DNA of 64,000 nucleotides from an uncultured Actinomycetes bacterium (GCA_963725315.1 CAVRYA010000002.1:35028-99027); one strand, 5' to 3'; positions 1 through 9,059 are shown, counted from the stretch's first letter. Notes: generated by a model from the letters alone, not told the origin. Made by a program: numbers and translations.

Positions 1-363
1 GGGATGATCCACGAGGGAAACGCCGACCGGGTGCAGTGCAGGGTGATGATCGAGGGCGCCAACAGCCCGACCACCCCGGCAGCGGATGCGATCCTCCACG
101 ACAAGGGGATCTACGTGATCCCCGACGTGATGGCCAACGCCGGGGGAGTCGTCGTCTCCTACTTCGAGTGGGTGCAGAACCTCCAGCACTTCCGCTGGGA
201 GGAGCGCGAGGTCAACGACAAGCTGGGGACGATCATGCGCCGCGCATTTCGCGAGGTCTCGACCAAGGCCAAGGAGGAGGGCATCTCGCTGCGCGAGGCT
301 GCCTTCTTCGTCGGCCTCGACCGGGTCGTCACCGCCTCGAAGATGCGCGGATACGTCTCATAA
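1..363 (+). CDS. gdhA: Glutamate dehydrogenase (Glu/Leu/Phe/Val dehydrogenase family), C-terminal fragment entering from the left edge
   Basis: Frame-1 ORF is open to the window edge. The translation [48 protein letters not shown] matches the conserved C-terminal dinucleotide-binding domain of this family. Stop TAA at 361-363. Confidence 0.9.
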   Translation, partial: GMIHEGNADRVQCRVMIEGANSPTTPAADAILHDKGIYVIPDVMANAGGVVVSYFEWVQNLQHFRWEEREVNDKLGTIMRRAFREVSTKAKEEGISLREAAFFVGLDRVVTASKMRGYVS

Positions 364-556
364 AGCGCCGCCTCCTCTCGCTCCGCGTCCGGGGGCGGCT
401 CGCCTGATCCCACGTGCGTGGATCTGGACGCCTGTACTAACAGCGGCCGGTTAGCTAAAGGCCGGGCGGCAGCTGCCGATCCCCTCCCCACATACCGGTC
501 TAGTACCGGATCCGAAAGCCCTTCTCTTGCCAGGGAAGGCAAGAACGCCAACAGGG

Positions 557-584
557 AGCCCCGCTGATGCGGGGCTTTCCTGTT
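557..584 (+). terminator. Stem-loop with a T-rich tail in the convergent gap between gdh and the acidic-protein gene
   Basis: AGCCCCGC-tgat-GCGGGGCT forms an 8-bp GC-rich stem with a 4-nt loop. It is followed on the + strand by TTCCTGTTCT and lies about 200 nt after the gdh stop. Confidence 0.45.
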
Positions 585-585
585 C

Positions 586-1557
586 TCAGTCGTCGAAGTC
601 GAAGTCCTTGGGAGGCTTCTGCTCGAACCAGAGGCGGTCATGCTCGGGAGAGTCCTGAAGGAACTCCGGGGTCTCCTCGAGCACGTCCTCCTCGCCGTCT
701 GCGTCCTCGCCGTCTGCGGACTCCCCCTCCTCGTCCGGCGGCCCCGGCTCCTCCTCGATCGCCTCGACCTCCTCGCCGCCCTCCTCGGGCTCGATCGCTT
801 CGGGCTCGACCTCGCCGCCCTCCTCCGGTTCCTCGATCACCTCGACTTCGACCTCGTCGGCCGGCTCGGCGGCAGGCGGCTCTTCGGCCGGCGGGGCGCT
901 GTCCGGCGAGTCGAGCGCCTGGTCGAGCTCGTCGGAGAGCGACTGCTCGTTGAAGAACCCGGCGGCCTCCTTCTCGGATTCGGCGATCTCCTCCTCGACG
1001 TCGTAGTGCTCGGTCGGGTGCTGGGCGATCTCCTCGCGCTCGGCGCGCAGCTCGGCGGAGACACCGCCCGCCTCGACGGGCGGCGGCTCAGGCGGCTCGG
1101 CCGAGGTCTCCGCGGCGGTCTCGCCAGTGGGCGGCTCGGGAACCTCGTGCTCCATCGCCGGGTGCTCCTCCTCGGCCGGCGCCGGCTCGGGAGCCGCCTC
1201 TTCGGCGACTTCGGGCGGCTCATCCGGCTCGACCTCCTCGACAGCCGGCGGCGGCTGCTCGGGGCGCATCTCCGGCGGGCGCGGGTCGAAGGCGGTCTCC
1301 TGCTGCGCAACGGCCTCCTCGCTCGTGGCCGCCTCGCCACCCTCCTCGCGCGCAGGCGGGGCGGCGGCCGGCGAGCCGATGTAATCGGTGGGCGCCTCGG
1401 CCTCCGCATCCGACATCTCGGGCGGCTCCTCGACCTCTCCGGGGCCACCCGGCGGCCCCAGCGCCTCGTCCTCGAGCTTCTTCAGCTCGGGCTCGTCAGC
1501 GCCGTGCTGACGCTTCAGCTCCAGGTGCTCGCGGATCGCTTCGTCAAGAATGCCCAT
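586..1557 (-). CDS. Hyper-acidic Glu/Pro/Ala-rich low-complexity protein of unknown function
   Basis: 323-aa ORF with an ATG start. Ordered-looking termini (MGILDEAIREHLELKRQHGADEPELKKLEDEALG at the N-end, DRLWFEQKPPKDFDFDD at the C-end) flank about 250 aa of E/P/A/D repeats. The overlapping + strand ORFs are Arg/Leu-rich shadows. Confidence 0.6.
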   Translation of the reverse strand: MGILDEAIREHLELKRQHGADEPELKKLEDEALGPPGGPGEVEEPPEMSDAEAEAPTDYIGSPAAAPPAREEGGEAATSEEAVAQQETAFDPRPPEMRPEQPPPAVEEVEPDEPPEVAEEAAPEPAPAEEEHPAMEHEVPEPPTGETAAETSAEPPEPPPVEAGGVSAELRAEREEIAQHPTEHYDVEEEIAESEKEAAGFFNEQSLSDELDQALDSPDSAPPAEEPPAAEPADEVEVEVIEEPEEGGEVEPEAIEPEEGGEEVEAIEEEPGPPDEEGESADGEDADGEEDVLEETPEFLQDSPEHDRLWFEQKPPKDFDFDD

Positions 1558-1726
1558 GGTCTCCGCCCAGGCGGCAGCCTAAGCCTAAGCGGTTCGCAAT
1601 GTCGTCAGGGGCCAATTTCGTTCACGGTGCTCGGCCCCCCGGGAGCATGCCCCCGCTGTGGCACGGGGCGAGCGCGTATCCTTGCGCGAGCGCCGTTTGT
1701 GGATCGCGCAGATCCGCACCGCACTC

Positions 1727-1799
1727 GGGGCTATAGCTCAGCTGGAAGAGCGCCTGGATCGCACCCAGGAGGTCGCCGGTTCGAGTCCGGCTAGCTCCA
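1727..1799 (+). tRNA. tRNA-Ala, anticodon CGC
   Basis: Hand-folded cloverleaf. Acceptor GGGGCTA/TAGCTCC includes the alanine identity pair G3:U70. Anticodon stem CCTGG/CCAGG carries loop ATCGCAC (anticodon CGC). T-loop is GGTTCGAGTCC. Length 73 nt; CCA is not encoded. Confidence 0.93.
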
Positions 1800-1964
1800 C
1801 TCGAGAAGTTCCTGCTGAACGGCAACTTCTTTTCGAGGCTGGGGATTCGAGCTGCGCCTGCCCTGCTGCAGGCCTCTCGACAGGCTCGGCTCGACCATCA
1901 CACGCCCGACGATCCGCACCCTCTTCGGCACCGGGCCCACCAGGGAAGCGACGCTAAGGAAACC

Positions 1965-4025
1965 TCAGCCGGTGAACGGGTGGGTTGGGGTCGAGCCATC
2001 CGGTTCCAGGAGGTCGAATCCATCGGGGATTCTCAGGCGGTCCGGCGCCCTGCCCGGGTGGTCGGTGCGACCGTACTGCCAGACGATGCGCCTCGTTTTG
2101 GGATCGATCAGCACGACGCGATGGCGGTAGTCGTCGTTGACCGAGATCAGCCCGTTCGGCAGACGCTCCGCAAGGCTCGGGTGGTCGAGCATGCCCGGTC
2201 CGCCCGACGGGTGGTAGGACCACAGCATGCGGCCGGAGCGATTGAACTCATACACGCCACCTGGGCGGTGGTAGTCGGCGACCAGGTAGCGATTCGGGCC
2301 GAGTTGCTGTGGGTCCGAGGGGTAGGCGAGGGGTAGATGAACGCTCCAGACGAGTTTCCCGTTCGGGGTGATCTCATCCACGAATGAGCCGTTGACCTCA
2401 GAGACGAGCACGTTGCCGTTGCGGAGCGGCGTGTCGCCGTTGGGGTAGGCGAGCCCGCTTGGCGGGTTGTGGACGCAGCTGCGGGTGGTGCCGATCTGGT
2501 TGTTCGGCCGGCCGCGGCGTCCGATGAAGAGGATCCGACAATTCTTCGCGTCGGCAACAGCCACGAGGCCATTCTTTAGAAGAAAGGCATCGTCGGGCTG
2601 ATTGAGATATCCCGATGCGGAGCCCGCCGTGCGCGGGTGCCCGTAGGACCAGATCACATGGCCCGACGGATAGCTGATCTCGACGATCGTGTTGTTGTCC
2701 TCTTCGTTGGAGATGATCGCCCTCCCACGGTGGATGAAGAACCCGTCATCCGGGAAGTAGAACCCGCCCTTCGGAGGGGGCCGCCCGGGAGCTGGATATC
2801 GCCACAGCACCTTCTTCGACGCATTGACCACCAGCAGGCGGTTGTTGCCTCGATCGGCGATCAGCAGTTTGCCGTGGAAAGGAGCCGCTCCTGACGAGGT
2901 GCTCGAAACCGGCGGAGGCCCGTGGATGACGGTCCGTCGGAGATGCAGGACGATCACCGTGGAGAGCGCGTCGCCATGGGAGTCGAGACCGCCCACGAGG
3001 TAGCCGGATCCTCCGACGGTCAGGGCCGCGGCATCCGCGACCCTCACGGGTAGCCGTCCGGCGTCGGTGACTCGGCCGCTTGCCGGGTGAAACCACAGAA
3101 TCCGGTCCGATGTCCCGCCCGGGCCGGCGCCGCCAAGAATGTAGATCCTCGGGCCGAGGACGATCGCCGAAGCGTGGGAGAGCCCGCTCGGCAGATGCCC
3201 GGCGATTCGGGTGGTGCCCCGGGCCAGATCGACCGCCTGGATCGCGTCCGTGGCCTTGCCGCCGGCGGGTTCTCCACCGAAGACGTAGGCGGTGTGAGCA
3301 CGTGCGACCACTGCCGGATAGCGAACCGGCAGGCGCAGTCGGGCGGCTGTCCGAAACCTGGTGCCGTCAGCCGTAGAGAGCACGGTTCCGGCCAGGTTGC
3401 TGCCGTTGTATCCGCCGATCAGGTAGGCAAGTCCCGCGTAGGAGACCGCCGCGAGGTCCGAGCGCGCATCGGGCAGGTGGCCCACGATCCGTCCCGGAGA
3501 GCCCGGCTGCAGCGATTCGACGGTGTCCGTGCTTGCGCTTGTGCCGCCGCCGAAGATGAGAACCTCCCCGGCCGCCGACGCCGCGGCCGCGTCATGAAGA
3601 GGCTGCGGCAACGAGGAGGAGGGAAGCAGTTTGCCGCTCCCGGGGTCGAGCTTGAAGACGCCGCTCGCCGAGTTCCCCGCTGAATCCAGACCCCCGACGA
3701 TCAGGAGGTCCCGTCCCTCCTTGACCAGCGACTCGCCCGAGATCGGCGCCGGGAGGTGCTGACCGGCGCGGCTCGCCACGAGCTCGAGCCGGGTGGTGGA
3801 GCCCCCCGTTCTTTGGCTTGAACCGGACCCCAGCACTCCGCTGAGGGCCACGAGCACCACCGCGGCCCCACACAGGAGGCAGGCCAGCCCCCCGAGTCGC
3901 ACTCGCCGGCGGTGGGCACGTGCGCGGCGGCGCCTCTCTCTGCGGGCTTCGGGATCGATCGGCGCGGTGGCCATGCTCCCCCAGCTTAGGTTTGGGGTGG
4001 GGTCCGGAACGATTCCTTCGAACAT
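1965..4025 (-). CDS. Membrane-anchored protein with two beta-propeller-like halves (Kelch-like repeats, then a second propeller-like repeat region)
   Basis: 686-aa ORF. An Arg-rich N-terminus is followed by the TM segment LGGLACLLCGAAVVLVAL. Repeated Kelch-type motifs follow (LLIVGGLDSAGN, VLIFGGG, AYLIGGYNGSN, AYVFGGEPAGG, IYILGGAGPGG, GYLVGGLDSHGD). The C-terminal half has repeats such as LLIADRGNNRLLVVN, NTIVEISYPSGHVIWSY and HRVVLIDPKTRRIVWQYG. An alternative start is ATG 3974. Confidence 0.7.
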   Translation of the reverse strand: MFEGIVPDPTPNLSWGSMATAPIDPEARRERRRRARAHRRRVRLGGLACLLCGAAVVLVALSGVLGSGSSQRTGGSTTRLELVASRAGQHLPAPISGESLVKEGRDLLIVGGLDSAGNSASGVFKLDPGSGKLLPSSSLPQPLHDAAAASAAGEVLIFGGGTSASTDTVESLQPGSPGRIVGHLPDARSDLAAVSYAGLAYLIGGYNGSNLAGTVLSTADGTRFRTAARLRLPVRYPAVVARAHTAYVFGGEPAGGKATDAIQAVDLARGTTRIAGHLPSGLSHASAIVLGPRIYILGGAGPGGTSDRILWFHPASGRVTDAGRLPVRVADAAALTVGGSGYLVGGLDSHGDALSTVIVLHLRRTVIHGPPPVSSTSSGAAPFHGKLLIADRGNNRLLVVNASKKVLWRYPAPGRPPPKGGFYFPDDGFFIHRGRAIISNEEDNNTIVEISYPSGHVIWSYGHPRTAGSASGYLNQPDDAFLLKNGLVAVADAKNCRILFIGRRGRPNNQIGTTRSCVHNPPSGLAYPNGDTPLRNGNVLVSEVNGSFVDEITPNGKLVWSVHLPLAYPSDPQQLGPNRYLVADYHRPGGVYEFNRSGRMLWSYHPSGGPGMLDHPSLAERLPNGLISVNDDYRHRVVLIDPKTRRIVWQYGRTDHPGRAPDRLRIPDGFDLLEPDGSTPTHPFTG

Positions 4026-4347
4026 CCTCAGCAGATACTTAGGTGGCGGTTAGGTTGGAGCCAAGTCTCTCTTCCATGCGATGGCACCGGCGTTTTCCAT
4101 TGGGCGTAAACGCGTTCCGCTGCCCAAATCGAACGTAATCCCCGGCAATCCGCGGAACCATGCGCCTCACGCCTGCCGCACCGATTCCGCTCTGCGAAGC
4201 CAAATGTTTGGCCCCTCCGGCACTCCCTCGGAGAGTGGGGTATTTCGAGCTCAGGCTTCCGCTTTCACGCGACCGCCCCACGGGAGCTATAGCCGCCCGA
4301 CCGTTGCCTTTAATTCTTGTTGGTCGACCGAGGCTACGGTGTCTTGT

Positions 4348-5601
4348 ATGGACGGTCTGCGGCGGTACCGCGCTGGCGTGAGTGGTGCGCCGGATGCGGC
4401 TGGCTCACCGCCCGTCTCGGCGCCGCTCGCCGGGGTCGCGGCGCGCCGAAAGCAGCGGCAGCGCGAGGCTGCGGCCAGACGCAGGCGGCGACGCCGGCGA
4501 ATTTTGGCCGCGGCCGTCCTCGTGCTGCTGTCGCCAGCGATCTATTCGTATGCGACCTGGATGCTGCAGCCTTCGAGCCTGCCCTTCGGCGTGCGCAGCG
4601 TCGAGTGGGTGAGAGCCGATTTGCCTTTCGGCAACCAGCTGGTCGACCAGGTCGAGCACATCTACTTCAGCTGGAACGCACCGAAGAAGGGCGGTCCGCA
4701 GCTGAAGAGCCTACCGGCGACCGGGCGGGCCGCGAAGGCGCCTACACAGGCGGCTCCGTGGCCGCCGAGGATCAAGCCGGTCTTCGCGCACCCGCTACCC
4801 GGCGAAGGGATCTGGAAGCCGACCGGCCCGCCGGTCAAGGGTGGCCCACCGGTGCTGGTGACGACCTTCCGCCCCGAGCTCGACTATCCGAGCATCGTCG
4901 CCTACGTGGCCTGGTTCGACCACACGCGCACCGCGCTCGCGTTCTATCCGGGCCGCTACGAGCCGCCGAACGCGGCCGTACGCGGCCCAATGATGGTCCC
5001 GTACGACCAGCGCCGGCGGCTGCTTGGGACCTTCAACAGCGGCTTCATCTACACGGACGTCAACAACGGCTCGACCGACAACGGCCGCATGAACGAGCCG
5101 CTAGCGGACGGCAACGCCACGCTCGTCGGCTATCGCGACGGCCGCGTCGCGATCGTGAAGTGGAGCGGCGGCCCGAACGCGGGGCCGAACGTCGCGTGGG
5201 CCCGCCAGAGCCTGCCGCCGATCGTCTGGAACGGACGCCTGAACCCCGCGTTGAACGACAGTTCGCAGTGGGGCTACACACTCGGCAACACCGTCCGCGT
5301 CTGGCGCACCGGCGTCGGCATCGACCGTCGCGGCAACCTGATCTACGCAGCTGCGGACGGCCAGACCGTGGTCACGATGGCCCGAATCCTGCAGCGTGCG
5401 GGCGCGGTCCGCGCGATGCAGTTCGACATCAATCCCGAATGGCACACCCTGATCACCTACACCCACCACCACGGCCTCGTCCCGACGGAGATCGGGCCGA
5501 ACCCGATGCAGCCCGACACCCGCTACCTCGCCCCCGACGACCGCGACTTCTTTGCCGTGTACCGGCGCCTGCCTGGTCCCGTCACCGTCCCCTTCAAATA
5601 G
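4348..5601 (+). CDS. Phosphodiester glycosidase family protein (DUF2233/NAGPA-like), N-terminally membrane-anchored
   Basis: The ORF track gives 4081..5601. I prefer ATG 4348 (MDGLRRYRAG...), which leaves an Arg-rich stretch plus the TM segment ILAAAVLVLLSPAIYSY. The C-terminal segment AAADGQTVVTMARILQRAGAVRAMQFDINPEWHTLITY is typical of the phosphodiester glycosidase domain. Confidence 0.7.
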   Translation: MDGLRRYRAGVSGAPDAAGSPPVSAPLAGVAARRKQRQREAAARRRRRRRRILAAAVLVLLSPAIYSYATWMLQPSSLPFGVRSVEWVRADLPFGNQLVDQVEHIYFSWNAPKKGGPQLKSLPATGRAAKAPTQAAPWPPRIKPVFAHPLPGEGIWKPTGPPVKGGPPVLVTTFRPELDYPSIVAYVAWFDHTRTALAFYPGRYEPPNAAVRGPMMVPYDQRRRLLGTFNSGFIYTDVNNGSTDNGRMNEPLADGNATLVGYRDGRVAIVKWSGGPNAGPNVAWARQSLPPIVWNGRLNPALNDSSQWGYTLGNTVRVWRTGVGIDRRGNLIYAAADGQTVVTMARILQRAGAVRAMQFDINPEWHTLITYTHHHGLVPTEIGPNPMQPDTRYLAPDDRDFFAVYRRLPGPVTVPFK

Positions 5602-6430
5602 GGCTCCCGCCCGGCTTCGGGAGGGAAGTCGCCACCAGCACCGCGACCGGCGCCGCCGAATGGCCTCTCGCGAGGCTCTTCCAGCTCAGTTCGTGTGTCG
5701 TGGGCCCGACTTCCTTCCGCTTCGCGTGCGTTGATCCGCTCGTGGCACCGATGTGCCAGGTCGACTTCGCTTCCGCATTGCGCGAGGAGCGAGCGACAGG
5801 CTTGAAAGCGCTCCCTTTCCATGGAGTGTGTTGCACAGCAATAGTGCCCGCCCTTCCAGGAGTTCGTCAGGTTTCCCTTAGGTCTGACGCTTCCGACACT
5901 GGCGGTGCCAATCGGAACAACGTAGGCGGAAGCACGACTGGTGTCGCGGGTTCCGATCGGGGGCCCGATATGTCTCTCCGAGCTACCCGCGAATAGTGGA
6001 GCGAGTGGCTGCAGGAGCGGCGAGCCTTTGACTCACCTATCCGTGCGGGCATGCGGTCTGGTGGCCAGAGCGGTTTGCGACTGCGGGGATCTTGGGTTTG
6101 AAGGGCAACACCAACACGTGAGGCAACGACCTCCCTCGCGCTGATGCGCTGTCGAGGTGTGCGACCTCCCGCACCCCAGATCGAGTGCGATCCCAGAGCG
6201 ACCCTCCGACCAGGGACCGCATGCAGACGCCGAGCATTTACGCACGATTACTCTGGATTTGGGCAGTGCATTCGGCTGTTAGCCATTGGTCAACCGCGCT
6301 ATTGATCAGTCTCGCGGGTCGACCCAACCGAAGCTGGGAAACTAGTCTTCCCGTGGTTCGGGGCGCCCTGGGAACGTGTCGTTGTCGAAGAAGTCCCGTG
6401 AGTCTTTGCGGTGAGCGGGTCCTTCAGCTG

Positions 6431-6919
6431 ATGTCCGCCAGCGATGTCAGCGTTGCGACCGTGAACGAGCCTGCTCGACCGGATCGCGTCGGGACCAGAT
6501 CCGGGCTGATGGCCGCGCTGTTCGCCGCTCGGAGCAACCTGAAGTACCTCATTCCGAGCGTTGCCATCCTTGTATTGCTCGCGGGGGGTGGATTCGCGGC
6601 CTTGGAGACCGACGCCGTCGACACCTACTGGGAAGGGGTCTGGTGGGCGCTTTCGTTGATAACCACCGTGGGTTTCGCGAACGGCACACCCGAAACGGTC
6701 GCGGGGAAGGTCTTGTCCGGCGTGATGATGGTCCTGGGGTACGGCCTGCTGGCGCTGACGACGGCGGCTATCGCCTCTTTGTTCGTCCGCGAAGAGGCAG
6801 AGCCAGAGGAACTCCGAGAGCACGCATTTGAAGACAAGGCGCTTGCCGAGCTGAGTCGGCTCAACGCGCGCCTTGAACTGATTGAGTCGCGATTGCCCCC
6901 GAACCTGAATGGGGAATAG
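6431..6919 (+). CDS. Minimal two-TM potassium-channel-like protein (Ion_trans_2 type) with a divergent selectivity filter
   Basis: The preferred ATG 6431 gives 162 aa. Order is TM1 LIPSVAILVLLAGGGFAAL, pore helix plus filter YWEGVWWALSLITTVGFANGTPE, TM2 VLSGVMMVLGYGLLALTTAAIASLF, then a charged helical tail. The upstream part of the 6185 ORF is Cys/Arg/Trp-rich and looks non-coding. Confidence 0.7.
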   Translation: MSASDVSVATVNEPARPDRVGTRSGLMAALFAARSNLKYLIPSVAILVLLAGGGFAALETDAVDTYWEGVWWALSLITTVGFANGTPETVAGKVLSGVMMVLGYGLLALTTAAIASLFVREEAEPEELREHAFEDKALAELSRLNARLELIESRLPPNLNGE

Positions 6920-7203
6920 GCCTACCCATGGGCACGGCTGGCTTCGAGGCGATCCGAGATTCCGCGCTTGGAGCCAGACCGGGTGCGATTGATCGGGCCG
7001 TTGACCGCGACGTCCGGGCAACAGGCAGGCTGCTAACGAACCCTGACGCCCTGGAACAGGCAGAAACCGGTACCTCAGAAAGGGCGCCGATCGGCTGCGC
7101 CCATCTTGGGCAGTCGACCTCTGCCCAGCCGGCAAGCTCCGGAAGGCGGACGTTGCCAAACCTCCGATCAGGCACTGGTTCGGACATGCTGCCAGGAACC
7201 GCC

Positions 7204-8025
7204 TCATTGCCGCTCCTTGACAAACGCGACGATCTCTCGCGCGCACCGCGCGGGCTCATCGTCGTAGAGGAAGTGACTGGCGTCCTCCAGGATCACCACC
7301 ATTGAATCGGAGATCTCCCGGTTGAACCGGTGTGCCGCGGTGACCGGGACCACCGGGTCCTTCGCGCCCCAGAGGATCAGCGCCGGGACGCCCATCGCCT
7401 CCAGCTGCCCCTCGTACGGCTTCAGCTTCTCGAGGTCGCCGGAGCGGTAGAGCTCGAGCATGCCCTGGCGTCCCGCCGGCGACGTGAACGCCTTCCAGTA
7501 CTCGTCGATTGCGTCCTCAGGGATGCGCCCGCCCTGGTCCCTGACCAGGGCGGCGAAGGCCTGTTTCGTGAGGTTGTCCAGAAGCTGTTCGCCCTGCCCC
7601 GGCGTCCGCAACGCCTGTGCCATGGCATGCCACTCCGTGTCCGCGAAGAACCCGGTGTTGCTCAGGATCAACATTGAGACGGCGTCCGGGTGATCGCATG
7701 CCCAGCGCAGGCCGATCAGGCCTCCCCAATCATGGAGCCCGAGCACCACGCGTTCCAGGCCCAGGGCTTGGCGGAACGTCTCCAGAGCGCTCACGTGGCG
7801 CTCCCAAGTCCCTGGCGGGTCCGGTGCGGAGTCGCCGTAGCCGCTGAGGTCGGGGGCGATCGCCCGGCGACCGCTCTCGGCAAGCGCCGCGACGACCGGC
7901 GCCCACATGTAGGAACTCTGCGGGAAGCCGTGGACGAGCATCACGGGATCCCCGTTCTCAGAGGTCTGCGGGATGGCTTCCCGGTAGGCGATGGCGCCTT
8001 CGCGCTTCAGTTCGACCTCGGGCAT
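7204..8025 (-). CDS. Alpha/beta-fold hydrolase (haloalkane dehalogenase / epoxide hydrolase-like)
   Basis: MLVHGFPQSSYMWAPVVAALAESGRRAIAPDLSGYGDS and LHDWGGLIGLRWA are typical oxyanion and nucleophile-elbow contexts. The preferred start is ATG 8025 (MPEVELKREG...), inside the 313-aa ORF. Confidence 0.8.
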   Translation of the reverse strand: MPEVELKREGAIAYREAIPQTSENGDPVMLVHGFPQSSYMWAPVVAALAESGRRAIAPDLSGYGDSAPDPPGTWERHVSALETFRQALGLERVVLGLHDWGGLIGLRWACDHPDAVSMLILSNTGFFADTEWHAMAQALRTPGQGEQLLDNLTKQAFAALVRDQGGRIPEDAIDEYWKAFTSPAGRQGMLELYRSGDLEKLKPYEGQLEAMGVPALILWGAKDPVVPVTAAHRFNREISDSMVVILEDASHFLYDDEPARCAREIVAFVKERQ

Positions 8026-8104
8026 GAATGCGAGCGTATCCCGTGCCGAACTGGCCACCGAGCCTCTGATTGTCCCGGGGAGGCGGGGTCGCAATACTTG
8101 GGGG

Positions 8105-8541
8105 GTGGCCTTCGCCCCGACCGCAAGACACCTGCTGCGGGCCAAGGACCTCGCCGATGCCCGCTATTCCGAGCCGCTCGGCGTCGACGACCTGGCCCGC
8201 ACCGCCGGGCTCTCCCGCGCCCACTTCAGCCGCGAGTTCCGCGCCGCCTTCGGCGAGCCGCCGCACGCCTATCTGCTGACCCGGCGCCTCGAGCGCGCCG
8301 CGCACCTGCTGCGCAGCACCGACCGCTCGGTCGCCGACATCTGCCTCACGCGTGGGCCTGCGCAGCATCGGCTCCTTCGCGACCTCCTTCAAGCGGGCCT
8401 ACGGGCTCTCGCCGAGCGCCTATCGCGAGCGCCTTCCCGCCGGCCTCGGACCGGGCACTCGTCCCCGCCTGCGTCCTCCGCGCTCATGCTCGCCCGCAAC
8501 ACAGCACAAATGGAGAAGACAGCTCCCCCGTTGCCGCCTAG
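8105..8541 (+). pseudogene. AraC/XylS-family HTH transcriptional regulator, two frame switches as assembled
   Basis: HTH-18 sequence LARTAGLSRAHFSREFRAAFGEPPHAYLLTRRLERAAHLLRSTDRSVADICLT is in frame 2. Its obligatory continuation GLRSIGSFATSFKRAYGLSPSAYRERL is in frame 0 (switch near 8350). A plausible tail ALVPACVLRAHARPQHSTNGEDSSPVAA-stop is in frame 1 (switch near 8440). The start is uncertain (GTG 8105 or ATG 8024). Confidence 0.65.
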
Positions 8542-8577
8542 CATCGCCGTCGACCCCGAACCGAAGGAGGAAGACCG

Positions 8578-9006
8578 ATGATCAGGATCTCGACCGCGCA
8601 GCTCTGGGTGCTCGACCAGGACGAGGCGCTCGACTTCTACACCTCGAAGCTCGGCATGGAGGTGCGCTCCGACGTCACCCTTGCGGAGATGGGGGACTTC
8701 CGCTGGCTCACGGTCGGTCCCGCCGGCCAGCCCGACGTGGCGATCGTGCTGATGGCGATCCCCGGCCCGCCGGTGATGGACGCCGAGACCGCCGATCAGG
8801 TGCGGGGCCTGGTCGCCAAGGGTTTCGCCGGGACGGTCTTCCTGACCACCGATGACTGCCAGGCGGCCTACGAGGAGCTGAAGGGCCGCGGAGTCGAGTT
8901 CGCCGAGGAGCCGGAGGAGCGCCCCTACGGCATCGACTCCTCGTTCCGCGACCCGTCCGGCAACTCGATCCGGCTCACCCAGGTCCGGGAGATGGCCTCC
9001 GCCTGA
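8578..9006 (+). CDS. VOC-family (glyoxalase/bleomycin-resistance/dioxygenase fold) protein
   Basis: Intact 142-aa ORF. LDFYTSKLGMEVRSD...FRWLTVGP...GTVFLTTDDCQAAYEELKGRGVEFAEEPEERPYGIDSSFRDPSGNSIRLTQ is the paired beta-alpha-beta-beta-beta pattern of the VOC superfamily. Confidence 0.8.
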   Translation: MIRISTAQLWVLDQDEALDFYTSKLGMEVRSDVTLAEMGDFRWLTVGPAGQPDVAIVLMAIPGPPVMDAETADQVRGLVAKGFAGTVFLTTDDCQAAYEELKGRGVEFAEEPEERPYGIDSSFRDPSGNSIRLTQVREMASA

Positions 9007-9017
9007 ACATCCCCGCG

Positions 9018-9048
9018 GGATCCGCCGGCGAACTCCGCCGGCGGATCC
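9018..9048. terminator. Perfect 13-bp palindromic hairpin between convergent genes (candidate bidirectional, U-tract-less terminator)
   Basis: GGATCCGCCGGCG-aactc-CGCCGGCGGATCC sits between the VOC stop (9006) and the usp stop (9060). There is no T tract on either side. Confidence 0.5.
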
Positions 9049-9059
9049 ACCGCCGGGGC

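Noticed and set aside
1727-1964. Integrated mobile elements at the two tRNA genes (also 62852-63650)
   Set aside because: I saw no integrase, recombinase, direct repeat of the tRNA 3' end or phage-like gene next to either tRNA. The neighbours are ordinary chromosomal genes.
5523-5822. A 99-aa minus ORF with a Cys/His pattern (C-x6-C ... H-x-C-H) that could be a zinc-ribbon or HNH remnant
   Set aside because: It overlaps the 3' end of the phosphodiester glycosidase gene by about 80 nt. Its C-terminal half is Gly/Arg filler, and the Cys/His spacing does not match a family I can name.
6185-6430. An N-terminal 82-codon extension of the channel ORF given in the track
   Set aside because: The extension is rich in Cys, Trp, Arg and His (RCRRSPVSLCGERV...). 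It has no TM or signal character and sits in the compositionally non-coding stretch. ATG 6431 leaves a normal short cytoplasmic N-terminus.
6240-6430. A possible c-di-AMP (ydaO-type) riboswitch in front of the K+-channel-like gene
   Set aside because: The idea is attractive because that class often precedes K+ transport genes. I could find only loose resemblances (ACCCAACCGAAGCUGGG, GGUUCGGGGCG), not the conserved paired ACGGGGA / CCCGAAUCC cores. It needs a covariance-model search, so I do not claim it.
6861-7259. A 132-aa minus ORF (and the + ORF at 6928-7305) in the gap between the channel gene and the hydrolase
   Set aside because: Both overlap real genes at one end, lack any motif I recognise and show no clear codon bias. 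I left the region as unassigned lower-G+C DNA.
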